The translations under genes were made by a program, and so were the position numbers. From Octopus sinensis (Eukaryota), in contig NC_042998.1 of NCBI RefSeq assembly GCF_006345805.1, forward strand, positions 58,652,001 to 58,716,000: 64,000 nucleotides of DNA. The letters are read 5' to 3'. Of the stretch, positions 1 through 11,679 are shown one piece after another; position 1 is the first letter of the stretch, and every line of letters starts with the position of its first letter. The notes beneath the pieces were generated by a model, which was given only the letters and a program-made list of their open reading frames with translations, ran no database searches and was not told the DNA's origin.

Positions 1-487
1 GGCTGGTACTTATAGCAGATCAACCTACTACATACAAGTTCCTTTAGTTATTTCTGTTCAGCCTTGGCATCTTTGGCAAAATGCCCAGGATAGACTGACA
101 GGATATGTATTATATCAAGTACAACATGAATCAAAACCACCACAGCTAATGTTTACATCTTTTATGTACAATTCCAATAATCAAACAACTGGTGCCATTT
201 GACTTTCAAAGAAATTTCTCTTGGTGCTCCTGGTTGCAGATAAAATTGTTTTTATTAATCTAATCTTAGTAAAAAGTTTGTTTATTCAGTCTAATGTGGC
301 CACATTGGGACTAAATTGCATCTTTAGCCATAAATGGTAGGACTGTTCATTTTGCTTTTAAGCTGTTAATTAACCTTGCTCATAATTCCAGATATGATCT
401 TTCTGGAGAGGCAGAGGTTCCAAAGCAGGCTATAGTGAAGGTTTGAGTGTACAATGCCTCACTGACTTGCGTTTGAAGGGCTTCATC

Positions 488-916
488 GGATCTTTTTGGT
501 TTGAACAGCAGTTTTTTAAAATAATTTCCATGTAACTAAACACTTTTAACTTCGTATACTGGTAGAATGTGTTTATAAAAGATCTTATTCTCTTGGCTTT
601 ATTGAGAAAATTCTATAGTTTGTAAGATATTTGTTGTTGTTTTTTTTTTCAATTTCTGCAATTTCAACCAATCAATGACGTCTATTGAGGTAAAAAAACA
701 TTCTGTACCATATGAATATGTCCCTCGTTTAAGAAACAGATTGGGTTTATTTACATTTGTGAAGAAAAAAAGATACCCTTCCACCACCCCTAACCCTAAC
801 TAATCCTAACCCTAAAACAGATTGAAATGCAATAGATCGATACTAGGGTCATAATTATGGGTGACAATTTCATATGACACCGCTAGAAAAAACTGCCGTT
901 CAAACCGAAAAGATCC
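488..916. mobile_element. MITE with ~30 bp TIRs and internal telomere-like (CCCTAA)n
   Basis: Left ggatctttttggtttgaacagcagtttttt is the reverse complement of right aaaaaactgccgttcaaaccgaaaagatcc; ccctaa-like repeats at 788-815. Confidence 0.8.
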
Positions 917-1118
917 CTTAATCATACTTTACAAGAACTCAGAAGAAAGACTAACAGCATAGGTGGCATCACAGTCTTGCTCTCTGGCAATTTCAAGCAA
1001 ACTCTGCCACTGCAAAGAGTACAACTGCTGATGAGTTGAGAACAACCTTTTAAGGATACAGTTCTATATTTACATTATTTACATTTGAAGGATATTTGTC
1101 CTCATCTTGTTTGTTGCT

Positions 1119-1164
1119 AACACAATGTTTTGGCTGATATACCCTCCAGCCTTCATCAGGTGCC
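1119..1164 (-). ncRNA. Degenerate minimal hammerhead ribozyme motif
   Basis: Minus strand GGCAC CTGATGA A GGCTG..CAGCC AAA ACAT T GTGTT; GAA>AAA and ACGT>ACAT look like CpG decay. Confidence 0.55.
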
Positions 1165-1216
1165 TTGGGGAAATTTCAAACCTGGGTTCTCATCCCTAAG
1201 GTATTTTTTGATGTTG

Positions 1217-1253
<37 letters not shown>

Positions 1254-1321
1254 GGCGTAGTAGTTAAGAGCACGGCACGGGCTACTAACCCCAAGATTCC
1301 AAGTTTGATTCCAGGCAGTGA

Positions 1322-1387
<66 letters not shown>

Positions 1388-1448
1388 CAACAACAACAAC
1401 AGCGAAAAATACCTTAGGAATGAGAACCCAGGTTTGAAATTTCCCCAA

Positions 1449-1491
1449 GACATCTGATGAAGGCTGGAGGGTGTATCAGCTGAAACATGTT
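1449..1491 (+). ncRNA. Degenerate minimal hammerhead ribozyme motif
   Basis: GACAT CTGATGA A GGCTG..CAGCT GAAACATGTT; small deletion in the stem III/I region relative to the 56564 copy. Confidence 0.5.
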
Positions 1492-2494
1492 AACAACAAA
1501 CAAGATGAGGACAAATATCTGTCAGATGTAAATAATGTAAATAATGAACTTTTAAGGAATTGTATATTTGGAGAGGATCCGGAAAACTTTATCTTTCTAC
1601 CAAAGTGAATGCTACATTTCATAGAGATATTTCGGCAGCCAAATTTGCAAAATCTTCACTTCTATTTGGAGCGAGGGTCAGTTACCTTTTGATATTAGAG
1701 GAAAGATGTTAAAATACTAAGACATTTTAAAACATCAACTCAGCTAAGAAATGCTATTAGAGGTGTATCCTAGTTTCTCTCAAAATTGTAGAAACCCTTA
1801 ATGCCATCACCATTCAACATAAAAAATAGAAATAGACCTAGCACTCCTGTTCTACAAACATGCATTTCTCCTTACAACTTTATTCTTTATTATTTCTTTC
1901 CAGCCTTCTTCACTTTTTTTTCCTCTCATAACCCAACTTTCTCTACCAAAACAAATGTTATATTTCTCTATAATCAAGTCCCCTGCTTCAAATTTCAGAC
2001 TTTTTCTCTTCCTCATGACAAACTAATTTCAGTTTTCCTTTTAGATATTTATTTTTTCTATGCTGGCATAGGTTAGGTAGATACTTATTTGAAGTAGTAT
2101 TTTAAAAACCAGATGCCCATTTTGTGTCAATAATTTCCTGTTTTACAAGAAAGGATTTTTTTTTCACAAGTTAGGGTTTTAATTATTCCACTGTCTTGAG
2201 AGTGTAGAGCTATTAGACACTGGGATTGTAAATATTTTTTTCACTCAGACAAACTCATGCTAGAAGCGTAACTGACAATTCTCATGCACCAAAATGTAGA
2301 AACAAAGGCTTCTATAAAGTTCTTGTCAACCAATTTCACCACAAGGCATTGGTCAAACTAATTCAATGGTAAAAGACACTTGCATAAGTTGCTACACAGT
2401 TGAACAGAACCTAAGACTATATGGTTGCAAAGTGAAATTCTTAAGCTCAGAGATATACCTGTGTCTATAATTTATTCCTCTTAAATAAATATGT

Positions 2495-2800
2495 GGAGGC
2501 ACATGGCCTAGTGGTTAGAGCAGCGGACTCGCGGTCGAGGGATCGCGGGTTCGAATCTCAGACCGGGTAATGTGCGTGTTTATGAACGATACACCTAAGC
2601 ACCACGTGACTCTGGCAGAAGGTAATGGCGAACTTCTGCTAACTCTTTTGCCACAACTTTCCCTCACTCCTTCCTCCTGCATCTTGCAGCTCACTTGCAA
2701 CGCTCCGGCATCCCGTCCAGGTGGGGAACCTATATGCCAAGGAAACCAGGAAACCGGCCCTTATGAGCCAGGCATGGCTCGAGAAGGAACAAACAAATAA
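2495..2800 (+). mobile_element. tRNA-derived SINE
   Basis: A box tggcctagtgg, B box ggttcgaatc, unrelated body, (aaac)n tail. Confidence 0.8.
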
Positions 2801-3465
2801 CTAAGTACTTCAGATGTGGAATGATTACTGAAGCAGCAATAGAAGTAGAAAGAAGAAAGTAGAAAGAGAATGTTTGTGAGCAAGAAGTTGTAGTATGTTG
2901 GTGAGAAAGTATTACCAATCAGATGAATGGTTCTTATCTTCTTTTAAATGTAATATAAGATGTATGTTGCAGCTGTATGTACTGTCCTAGATATGTGAGC
3001 AGTTCTCTAATGTAGATTATATTTGAGCTGTAAACAGGGTCACTGACTAATCAGAACAATGAAATGTAATGTGTCTATTTGAATTTCCTACCAAATTATG
3101 TTGAGATTGGCTATAATTGAAAAAGAGAGGCAGAGAGGTAAAGAGAAAGAGAGACATGAAATCAGTTATTAGTTTCATTGATAATTTAATTCCATTCTGT
3201 TACTATTTAATGGAAAGCTTGTTCAATACTCATTTGTTAATATAATACATCAATTTTTTCGTTTCCCCCCTCCCTTCCTTTTTCTCATTCTTTTTCTTTC
3301 TTCGTGATATTATTTATAATATTTTTTTATGTAATGAAGAAATATGTTTCAGAAAAAATTTTATCCATATTATCATCTTGCTAATCATCATCATTAAAGT
3401 CAAACTATCCAAAACATTATTGTATTAATATAGTCATTACCAAAGTATTCTGTTATTCTGCTATT

Positions 3466-3852
3466 CTGTTACTTGTTTCAGTCATTTGACTGCAGCCAAG
3501 CTGGAGCACCACATTTAGTCAAGCAAATCGACCCCAGGACTTATTCTTTGTAAGCCTAGTACTTATTCTGTCGGTCTCTTTTGCCAAACCGCTAAGTTAT
3601 GGGGGTGTAAACACACCAGCATTGGTTGTCAAGTGATGTTGGCGGGGGGGGCAAACACATACACATATATATATACATATACATATATACGATGGGCTTC
3701 TTTCAGTTTCTATCTACCAAATTCACTCAGAAGGTTTTGGTCAGCGCGAGGCCATAGTAAAAGACACTTGCCCAAGGTGCCATGAAGTGAGACTGAACCC
3801 GGAACCATGTGGTTGGTAAGCAAGCTACTTACCACACAGTCACTCCTGTGCT
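3466..3852 (-). mobile_element. SINE family A (tRNA-like head, central TA/TG microsatellite)
   Basis: Reverse complement of the copies at 4753, 34418, 50135 and 58602. Confidence 0.85.
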
Positions 3853-4208
3853 TGGAAGAGCTTCCCATGTATGGAAGGGTTTCATATAAGTAATATACTG
3901 AAATGGAAATTTTCTATTAACTGAGATTATCCTTGCAATCAGAAGCTTCCTTTCTCTCTCAAAACCATTCTAAAGGCATTTAAAACAAAGAAAAAGACAA
4001 GGAGATAACTTCATTAATATCAGCTAATCCCAGTTTTGGGAATATAAAGACAATGCAGTTGGGAAGGATCTTGTCCTTAAAGCCAACTGCTAAAAGGCGA
4101 TGGACATATTTCTATCTTGATGGGTAACCTCAGTAAAGGATAGTAAAGTCAGTTGTCATGACATAAGTGATCAGTACAGAAATGCATGCACGCACACACA
4201 CACACACA

Positions 4209-4252
<44 letters not shown>

Positions 4253-4450
4253 CACATGAGACTGCATTATATTTTTTACATGTGTATAATAATGTATATA
4301 CAAGCTAGTAGGCCACATGGAAATTTCTCAGAATGAAAAAAAATTTAGAAATTTAAGAAAGAAAGGATGATTTACATTTTTATTGCAAATAAATTTTATT
4401 GTGCCTGTGCAATAAATGACAAAAATATATGCAATAACTACCTGTACAAT

Positions 4451-4679
4451 AAATGAACATTGGAGACAACTCAAGGAAGGTAAAAGCTCATCGATTCTGT
4501 ACCAACACGCCGAACAGGAACACGGGGGATCAATCAACAATATAGAAATTAAAATATTGTCCACACATAGAACAGATGCAACAATCAGATACATTACAGA
4601 AGCTACACACATAATAGAAAATAAACCTAGCCTGAATAGAAAACTAGAATGGAGCACTAGCACACACCACAACATATGA
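4451..4679 (+). pseudogene. C-terminal fragment of a PLE GIY-YIG endonuclease
   Basis: EH...H...KIL...EAxxI...PSLNR pattern; begins exactly at the TSD, consistent with 5' truncation. Confidence 0.65.
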
Positions 4680-4752
4680 CAATAGAGGATCCCGAAAACA
4701 TAATAAATACACAGATAAATAAACAAATAGAAATAAATAACTATATATATAT

Positions 4753-4917
4753 AGGAGTGGCTGTGTGGTAAGAAGCTTGCTAACCAGCATGTGGTTCCGA
4801 GTTCAGTCCCACTGCGTGGCATCTTGGGCAAGTGTCTTCTGCTATAGCCCTGGGCCAACCAATGCCTTATGAGTGGATTTGGTAGACGGAAACTGAAAGA
4901 AGCCTGTCGTATATATG

Positions 4918-4948
<31 letters not shown>

Positions 4949-5167
4949 TTGTGTGTCTGTGTTTGTCCCCTAGCATTGCTTGACAACCGATGCTGGTGTG
5001 TTTACGTCCCCGACACATAGCGGTTCGGCAAAAGAGACCGATAGAATAAGCACTGGGCTTACAAAGAATAAGTCCCAGGGTCAATTTGCTCAACTAAAGG
5101 CAGTGCTCCAGCATGGTCGCATTCAAAATGACTGAAACAAGTAAAAGAGTAAAGAGTAAAAGAGTAT
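4753..5167 (+). mobile_element. SINE family A, near full length
   Basis: ggagtggctgtgtggtaag head, B-box-like gagttcagtccc, central (TA)n(TG)n, tail (aaaagagt)n. Confidence 0.9.
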
Positions 5168-5520
5168 ATAAAAGAGTATATATTTTTTTTCGATTCAATT
5201 TATTGTTATTATTACTGGTATTGTTGTTATACATACATACATACATACAAGTCTATGTAATGATAATAATAAGTGGATGTAAACACATGAACAAAATAAG
5301 AATAAACAAAAACAACAACAACAAAAACAAAATACAAATTACATGAACGTATATAAACAGAAGATACAAATATTACAGGCATCCCCCCACATACACACAC
5401 TAAATAAACATAGACACACATAGAGATATAAGCATGCGCAAATGAAGACATACAATAGAAATGCAAAATGGCTGACGGTTAGTAAGGAGAGACACAAATA
5501 AGAAAGAAGAAAACAAAGGA

Positions 5521-5560
5521 CCACTGATGCAGTCACAGGAGTGTGACGAAAGAACTCTGG
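5521..5560 (+). ncRNA. Minimal HHR-like motif with variant core (CUGAUGC)
   Basis: CCA CTGATGC A GTCACA GGAG TGTGAC GAA AGAACT C TGG: stem I CCA/TGG, 6 bp stem II, short stem III. Confidence 0.6.
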
Positions 5561-6695
5561 CCGAAATAAGATTAAGATTAATGTAAAAAATAAATAACAC
5601 TGAAGCAAAATAACACCAAATATATAGTGCGTGTGTTTTTATTGGCTAAACTGGCAAAATGACCATTCCGAAATATAACAATACCTGTACAATGTTTGAT
5701 ACATATTAATATTTAATATCTAATTCTGTTGAAGCTACATGATCAATATATAATTGCATATTCCTTATTACACAATATTTTATCATAATTACTTTACATT
5801 ATAAACAATTATAGAAAATATGCACAATGAAGGTGGTGCTCCAGCATGGCCATAGCCAAATGACTGAAGCAAGTAAAAAAGTAATGATTTCTTTTTTACA
5901 TTATTAGTTTCAATTCCATTGCTAACTGAAAAATAATAACACCCATGGCTATCTTGCTAACTTATTTCACTTCCAGTCCCAATATATTAGGATTTCAAAA
6001 TTTTCATCTGCAAAGCACTCTCTCTCTCCCCCCCTCTCTCTCTACCTCTGTCTCTTACTTCAACAATCATTTTAGCCATGTAATTCCCCTTATCAATTTG
6101 TTAATATTTCTCTCTTTCTTTCTCTTCACCTCTGACTTCTACTAACCACATGACAGCATGGTTTAGTAGCTATCTGCTGTCTCACTCACTCTCACACTCC
6201 CTCTCTGTCACTGTCACTCACTCCAGACCCCACTCTTTCAAAAAACTAAATCATAACGTATGAACAAGCAAACATTCAGAATTATAATATAGATGTAGAA
6301 CTGTACAACCTATAATAATTTGTCAAAGAGAAGCTTCTCCAAAGGACATGTACAAAGTGCATTCAAAAAGTATCCAGCTTCATTTTTTCCCACCAAAACT
6401 AATGCCACGTGGGCAAAATCATTTGGGTGGGAGGTGATGCCATCCTTCCTGCGCATACTTGAAAATTTTCACACCAGTAGGCTACATCAGATCTCAGCTG
6501 TTGCGGCTTGAGTACAGACATAAATGGCACTAAACGGATTTTCATCTTTATACAAGATGACCAAATTCATCAAGCGGAGACCATAAACCCATGTCTTATC
6601 AGCAGTGATGACGGTCTTAATGAAGTCTGGGTCGTAGTTTGCACAGTCCAGCATGTCCTGAGCAATTTCCCTGCACAGTTGATTCTGCTGCTCTA

Positions 6696-7980
6696 CGAGG
6701 GGTGTTCAATAAGTAATGCCCCTGACCCACTTCCTATAGCAGTAGAGCAAGAAAACCTTAGACAGTTATTAATCTTTGTCTACAGAGGAAACACCCAGAG
6801 TTACGCATTTCTCCCATCGTTTGATGCAGCTCTGGAGACTGTTTTTGTAGAAGACCCCAGCTTGATCCTCCAACCACGACGTGACTTCAGAAATCAAGGC
6901 TGCATCAGCTGGGAAATGCTTTCCTTTCAAAAACAACTTCATGGCTGGGAAGAGGTGAAAATCAGAGGGTACAAGGTCAGGAGAGTAGGGGGTGGAGTTC
7001 ATAGCCGCACGCCTGTGCTTCTGATCTGGCGACAAGCAGGTTGTGAACCGGAGCGTTGTCCTGCAGGAGGAGGATGCCTTTGCTGATCTTGCCCCGCCTC
7101 TTGATTTTGATAGCTTCTCTTAATTTCCTCAAAAGTGAAGCATAATAGGCTCCTGCAATTGTGGTACCCTTTGCCAGGAAATCTGTCATCACTACTCCGT
7201 CCTGGTCCCAGAAGACTGTGAGCATGACCTTGCCAGCGGAGGGCTGCACCTTTGCCTTCTTTGGAGGAGGTGAGTCACGGTGCTTCCACTGCATTGACTG
7301 GGCTTTGGTCTCTGGATCATCGTGATGGACACAGGTTTCATCCTGTGTAATCAGTCTTTTGAAAAATGTTGACTCATCTTCTTGGCACATCTCCAAATTC
7401 ATCCTCGTGCACTCGACGTGTTCTTGCTTCTGGAAAGGTGTGAGCAACCTGGGAATCCATCTTGCAGACACCTTTTGCAAATCCAAATGGTCATGAATGA
7501 TAGTTTCCACAGACCCGGTACTAATCTTGACCTCATGGGCTATTTGGCGAATAGTTATGCGTCGATCTTTCAAAATGGCAGCCTCAACTTGATGGACAGA
7601 TGCCTCATCAATGGCAGAAGGGGGGCGACCAGATCTGGGAGCTGTTTCCACAGAGTTCCGACCATATTTAAATTCACGATGCCAGCGTTTTACAAGGTCA
7701 TATGATGGGGCATCATCACCATAAGTTACTTTCATTTCATCAAAAGTCTTCCGTGGTGTGCGTCCTTTCAAATACAAAAACCGGATCACTGCTCGACACT
7801 CAACAGGCTCCATTTCATACTTGACTCAGTTCAAACACCTGTAAATCAGAAACCGCAAGTAGTCCAGAGCTGTAGTTTGCCACTTAATCTATAGAGATAT
7901 CAATAATTGCACATGCAAAATTTCAGCTAGATCAAATAAATGCAAGTGGGTCAGGAGCATTACTTATTGAACGTCCCTCG
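6696..7980 (-). mobile_element. Full-length mariner (Tc1/mariner) element, 1285 bp
   Basis: ~37 bp TIRs cgaggggtgttcaataagtaatgcccctgacccactt; TA TSD at 6694-6695 and 7981-7982. Confidence 0.95.
6769..7813 (-). pseudogene. Mariner transposase with one frameshift near 6990
   Basis: ORFs 6977-7813 and 6769-7035 give HTH region, WIPRLL, ITQDET, LLQDNAP and YSPDLVPSDFHLF motifs. Confidence 0.92.
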
Positions 7981-8749
7981 TATCAGCACCTTGGGGACAA
8001 ATGTTGCCAACACTCACAGCATGTATAAATCGTCTGTTCAAAAGGAATGCACTGACTGTGTGCTAATTGCCACTTCGTGAGCAGTTACTTGGATTGTTAC
8101 ATGACAGTCTTCTATAGCTATTCGCCAAAACTTCTCAAATGTCTCCACATTCCGGCTTGTGGGTGGCCTGCTTGAGTGTGCCTTGCTCTCCACTAAGCTG
8201 TGGCCATGTTTGAAGCTGTTGTACCACTCTTTGATCTGAGTTTTTCCCATGGCATCATTACCAAATGTCTGCTCAATACTCTGGATGGTTTGAGCTTGAG
8301 TATCACTGAGATTTTGGCAAAGCTTGATGCAAAATCTCTGTTCAATTCATTTAAGAAAACAAAAATCCAATGCACACACACTACATGTCTGTACTCTAGG
8401 CATAACATCCAGGAACTGATGCCACCTACCAGCATGAAAATTTTTACACATGGGCAGAAAGGGTGGTGTCACCTTCAACCCAAATGATTCTACCTACACA
8501 GTTTTAGTTTCAGCAGGAAAAGTCAGATACATTTTGAATGCACCTTGTATGTAATAATAATTAAAAAAAAGATGTTGCTCGGAATGTTGTTGGATTTCCT
8601 GAGTGATAAACACTCCTAGTTATTCTGAAATAAGTAAAAAAAATATTCATTTCAATTATTCATTTCAATACTAAAACATTCACTGATGTGTGGAAAAAGC
8701 TCCCTATGCTAAAATTAAATTAATATATGCACATAAAAATCAAATGGAA

Positions 8750-9090
8750 ATACCCATGCCAGTGGCACATAAAAAACACCATCCAAACATGGCCAATGCC
8801 AGCGCCACCTTGACTGGCTTCCATGCTGGTGGCGTGTAAAAAGGCACCAACCAATTGTGGCTGTTGCCAGCCTCTCCTGTCACCTGTGCCGGTGGCATGT
8901 TAAAAGCACCCACTACACTCATGGTGTGGTTGGTGTTAGGAAGGGCATCCAGCTATAGAAACACTGCCAAACAGACTGGAGCCTGGTGCAGCCTCCTGGC
9001 ATCCCAGACCCCAGTCGAACCATCCAACCCATGCAAGCATGGAAAACGGATGTTAAACGATGATGATGATGAGGATGATGATGATGATGA
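8750..9090 (+). mobile_element. RTE-LINE 3' end fragment with (GAT)n tail
   Basis: Repeated gccNgtggcaNNtaaaa units and the ccatgcaagcatggaaaacggatgttaaacgatgatg terminus, same as the 3' end of the LINE at 23923. Confidence 0.8.
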
Positions 9091-10909
9091 CATAAAACTA
9101 CATTAGATTAAAATATTGATATGCAAAACATTTGTATACATAGAAGGCATTTTTCTCTTTTAAAAGAATTATCTGTGGTGATTGCAAGAGTAACAGTATA
9201 GTGTGTTTTGATACCCTGAAGCTTTGACAGGATTGAATTTAGATCCTTAGGTAGCTGCAGTTTTTGGTAGCTGGAACATCAATCTCAATTTAAAATTAGG
9301 TCTCTTTCTTCAATGATAAATCTATGAGTAACTATAGTCTCATCATCATAACTGCTGAGCATTTGCTGGTCAATTTTTATTCTCATTCACATACGTAGCT
9401 CATGTCTTCATGAATCTAACAAAATAATTTGTAGATCTTGGCTAATTTTTCTTGATTAAATAATAACCTTTGTTGATCTAACATCACCAAAAGTTTTATG
9501 ATCAAATATTCATGTCTGTTCTTCCTTCCAATTTAGGTCATTTAGCAATGCCATTCTGGAAATCGCATTTAGTGCATGGTAAAGATTTCAGTTGTTTATG
9601 GTTTTGTTTTGGAACCGTCCTTGAGAACACATGTTGAAACTGAATAACTACATTATGGAAGAGCCATTTAATAAAAAGCTATCAAATTCACTTTAAATAT
9701 ATGTCATGAGTTGTCCACTATATAACTGCTTCTGCTTCCCAAAATGACTAGCAGTATCTGTATTCATATTTTTTAGCATATTCTATCATATGTAACTAGT
9801 ATCAGGATCTATATACAAACTGTTTTGAATTCCATTATGGGGATAAAGTGAAAATTTAAAATAATTATGTATAATTTGCAAATGAACTGATCCAGAAGTG
9901 CTCTAATTCAACATTATGTTTACACTGACCAATAAGAAAACTTTGTGAATCTGCCACATCAGGTGAAGTTTCCACCTTACTCAAAGTCAAAATTGACTTA
10001 ATACTCAAGTGCTTTTACCAAGAGTAAACTTCACTCTACAACAAAGCTGGCATTTTGATTCTTTTATAACAGAACAAAACAATTATATTTTCTGAACCAT
10101 GCTGCTACATATGAGTTTAATGACTAAATATATATATTTTTTTCTAAATTCTAACTTTGAAATATTTTTGTTTTCTAAACTTACCATATGAAAAGTGCCA
10201 GCCATTTTTTAAATCATCAGTGCACTACAATGTCAAAAAGGTTGTCAACTATAGACCTGTAGCAACTAACTTTGGTACAAAGGTAACATTTTTCTTCTTT
10301 TTTTTTTGTGGCGGGGAGTGACAGTTGTTAAAATCAACTCATACAACTAATTTTGTCAATCCTGCAAAACAGAAGGTAATTTTTTGTTTAGCCAGCTCTG
10401 ATTTACTAGATCTATGATCAAGTCATTCCAGCCATAAGCATCTTGTTTTTATTTCTTTCAGATATTTAAGATTGTGTTATCAAATATGTCCTTTGTCTTT
10501 TAAAATGCTGGATGTAATTTGATAGAGATGTGGCTTCTATTTCTAGCAAGCTGAATGACAACATAGAGACTTACACATAAAGCAGAAAAAAACATGAGCA
10601 TAAAAACAACTGAATTCAAAAGCCTAAAGAAAAATAACTAAATATTGCATGTTCTTTTCTCAACCATTCATGAATGCCACTCTTACAGTAAAACAACATT
10701 TTCCCAGACTGGCATCATACAAGATGTGGGAGGAAACAAGGAATTGAATCAGAATCATATTTTACCAAACATGAAAGAAAGTGAATCAAAGCTGAACTTG
10801 GCCAAAATTTGAACTCACTGTATAAAGGGACATAGCTAAATGCCATGAGGCATATAGTACTAATCTTCACCAGTTCTTCCACCCTCTGGCCTTTACTAAT
10901 ATATCCTAA

Positions 10910-11100
10910 TAATATAGGCACAAGGCCACACATTTTGAGGGAGGAACAGTCAATTATACCAACTTCGGTACTTGATTGGTACTTATTTTATCATTCCTGG
11001 GAAAATGGACAGCAAAATAAACTTGGTGGGATTGGAACGCAGATCATAAGTGAACACAGTGAAATTCAATGCTCTGACAATTCTGCCATCAACCACCTTG
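10910..11100 (-). mobile_element. Old SINE family B (other degraded copies ~13830, 14185, 19160, 35600, 41330, 47550, 59485, 60995, 63250)
   Basis: Recurrent ggcacaaggcc...ggtacttatttta...aaaggcaaagt...atttgaactcag blocks. Confidence 0.6.
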
Positions 11101-11509
11101 TATAGTAAATATATAAATGAAAGGATATTAGCCAGCTTCCTAGGAAATTAAATTATTTATACTTTTAGCATGATCATGTTTTTCATTGCATGGGGCTTTG
11201 ATCTTATTCATGACTATTCATCATTATGACACAAGCTATGTGATCTGCTTTGGGTTTTTGCTTTTTTATATGTTGTTTTTGTTTTTCAAGTCATTGTTTG
11301 CTTATTGTTTTATTGATTGATTTATTGATATAAGCACTAATGTTTGACAGAAAAGAACAAGCCTGTTATTACAAGGTTAATGTTTATAATAGCTGACATT
11401 ATTTTATATAGAAAAATAATCTCCAGTTTATTCATCCATTTTGCTTGATATATTATTTTAGATAATTACATAAGCATATATATATTCAATTTCTTTTTAT
11501 ATTTTACAG

Positions 11510-11679
11510 AATCTCTTCAGAAAATAACTCGATGGCCATCCCCTTGTACAGGTGATGGGAGCAATTTTGGCGGTGCTGCTGAACTCAGTGGGAGTGGTTC
11601 CTCTTTAGAGAAGCGTTCAAGCCATTCAGTTTCCCGCTTCAAAAAGATCTCCAACAAACTCAACTTAAAATTTAAATGA
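11510..11679 (+). CDS. Probable terminal coding exon of an unidentified gene
   Basis: Pyrimidine tract plus ttttacag acceptor; one open frame SLQKITRWPSPCTGDGSNFGGAAELSGSGSSLEKRSSHSVSRFKKISNKLNLKFK* (TGA 11677-11679); GC-richer than flanks and followed by 3'UTR-like sequence. Upstream exons not identified. Confidence 0.6.

Larger units (their letters stand above)
1057..1548. mobile_element. Fold-back element: tRNA-like head, (AAT)n and HHR-bearing inverted arms (Penelope pLTR-like SINE)
   Basis: Inverted arms ~1068-1250 and ~1326-1545; tRNA-like segment 1251-1325 with A/B-box-like motifs; 10 bp direct repeat cttttaagga at 1047-1056 and 1549-1558. Confidence 0.75.
200..1690 (+). mobile_element. 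Degraded Helitron/PIF1-like helicase remnant, interrupted by a MITE (488-916) and an HHR fold-back (1057-1548)
   Basis: Decayed PIF1-type motifs in order: LGAPG (~220), NGRTVHFAFKLLINL (~333-377), GGITVLLSGNFKQTLP (~962-1009); many stops and frameshifts. Confidence 0.65.
4451..5681 (+). mobile_element. 5'-truncated Penelope-like retroelement (GIY-YIG C-terminus plus pLTR with HHR), with an inserted SINE
   Basis: 12 bp TSD tacctgtacaat at 4439-4450 and 5682-5693; ORF fragment NEHWRQLKEGKSSSILYQHAEQEHGG...KILSTH...RYITEATHIIENKPSLNRKLEW matches the PLE GIY-YIG C-terminal pattern; HHR-like motif at 5521. Confidence 0.75.
6353..8547 (-). mobile_element. Older mariner derivative with long (~170 bp) inverted ends, interrupted by a younger mariner
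   Basis: TA-flanked termini caaagtgcattcaaaaag / cattttgaatgcaccttg; transposase remnants (MGKTQIKEWY.., ..FVPKVLI|EQQNQL..KTVITADKTWVYG) read continuously across the inner insertion. Confidence 0.8.

Noticed and set aside
1176-1448. Poly-Ile ORF resembling a membrane peptide
   Set aside because: It is the (ATT)n tract of the fold-back element
2495-2570. Functional tRNA genes at SINE heads (2495, 19465, 43716, 1251)
   Set aside because: No proper acceptor stem or terminator; they run into repeat bodies
6508-7086. 192 aa + strand ORF (also 7382-7705, 42299-42820)
   Set aside because: Antisense or junction-spanning frames of mariner sequences
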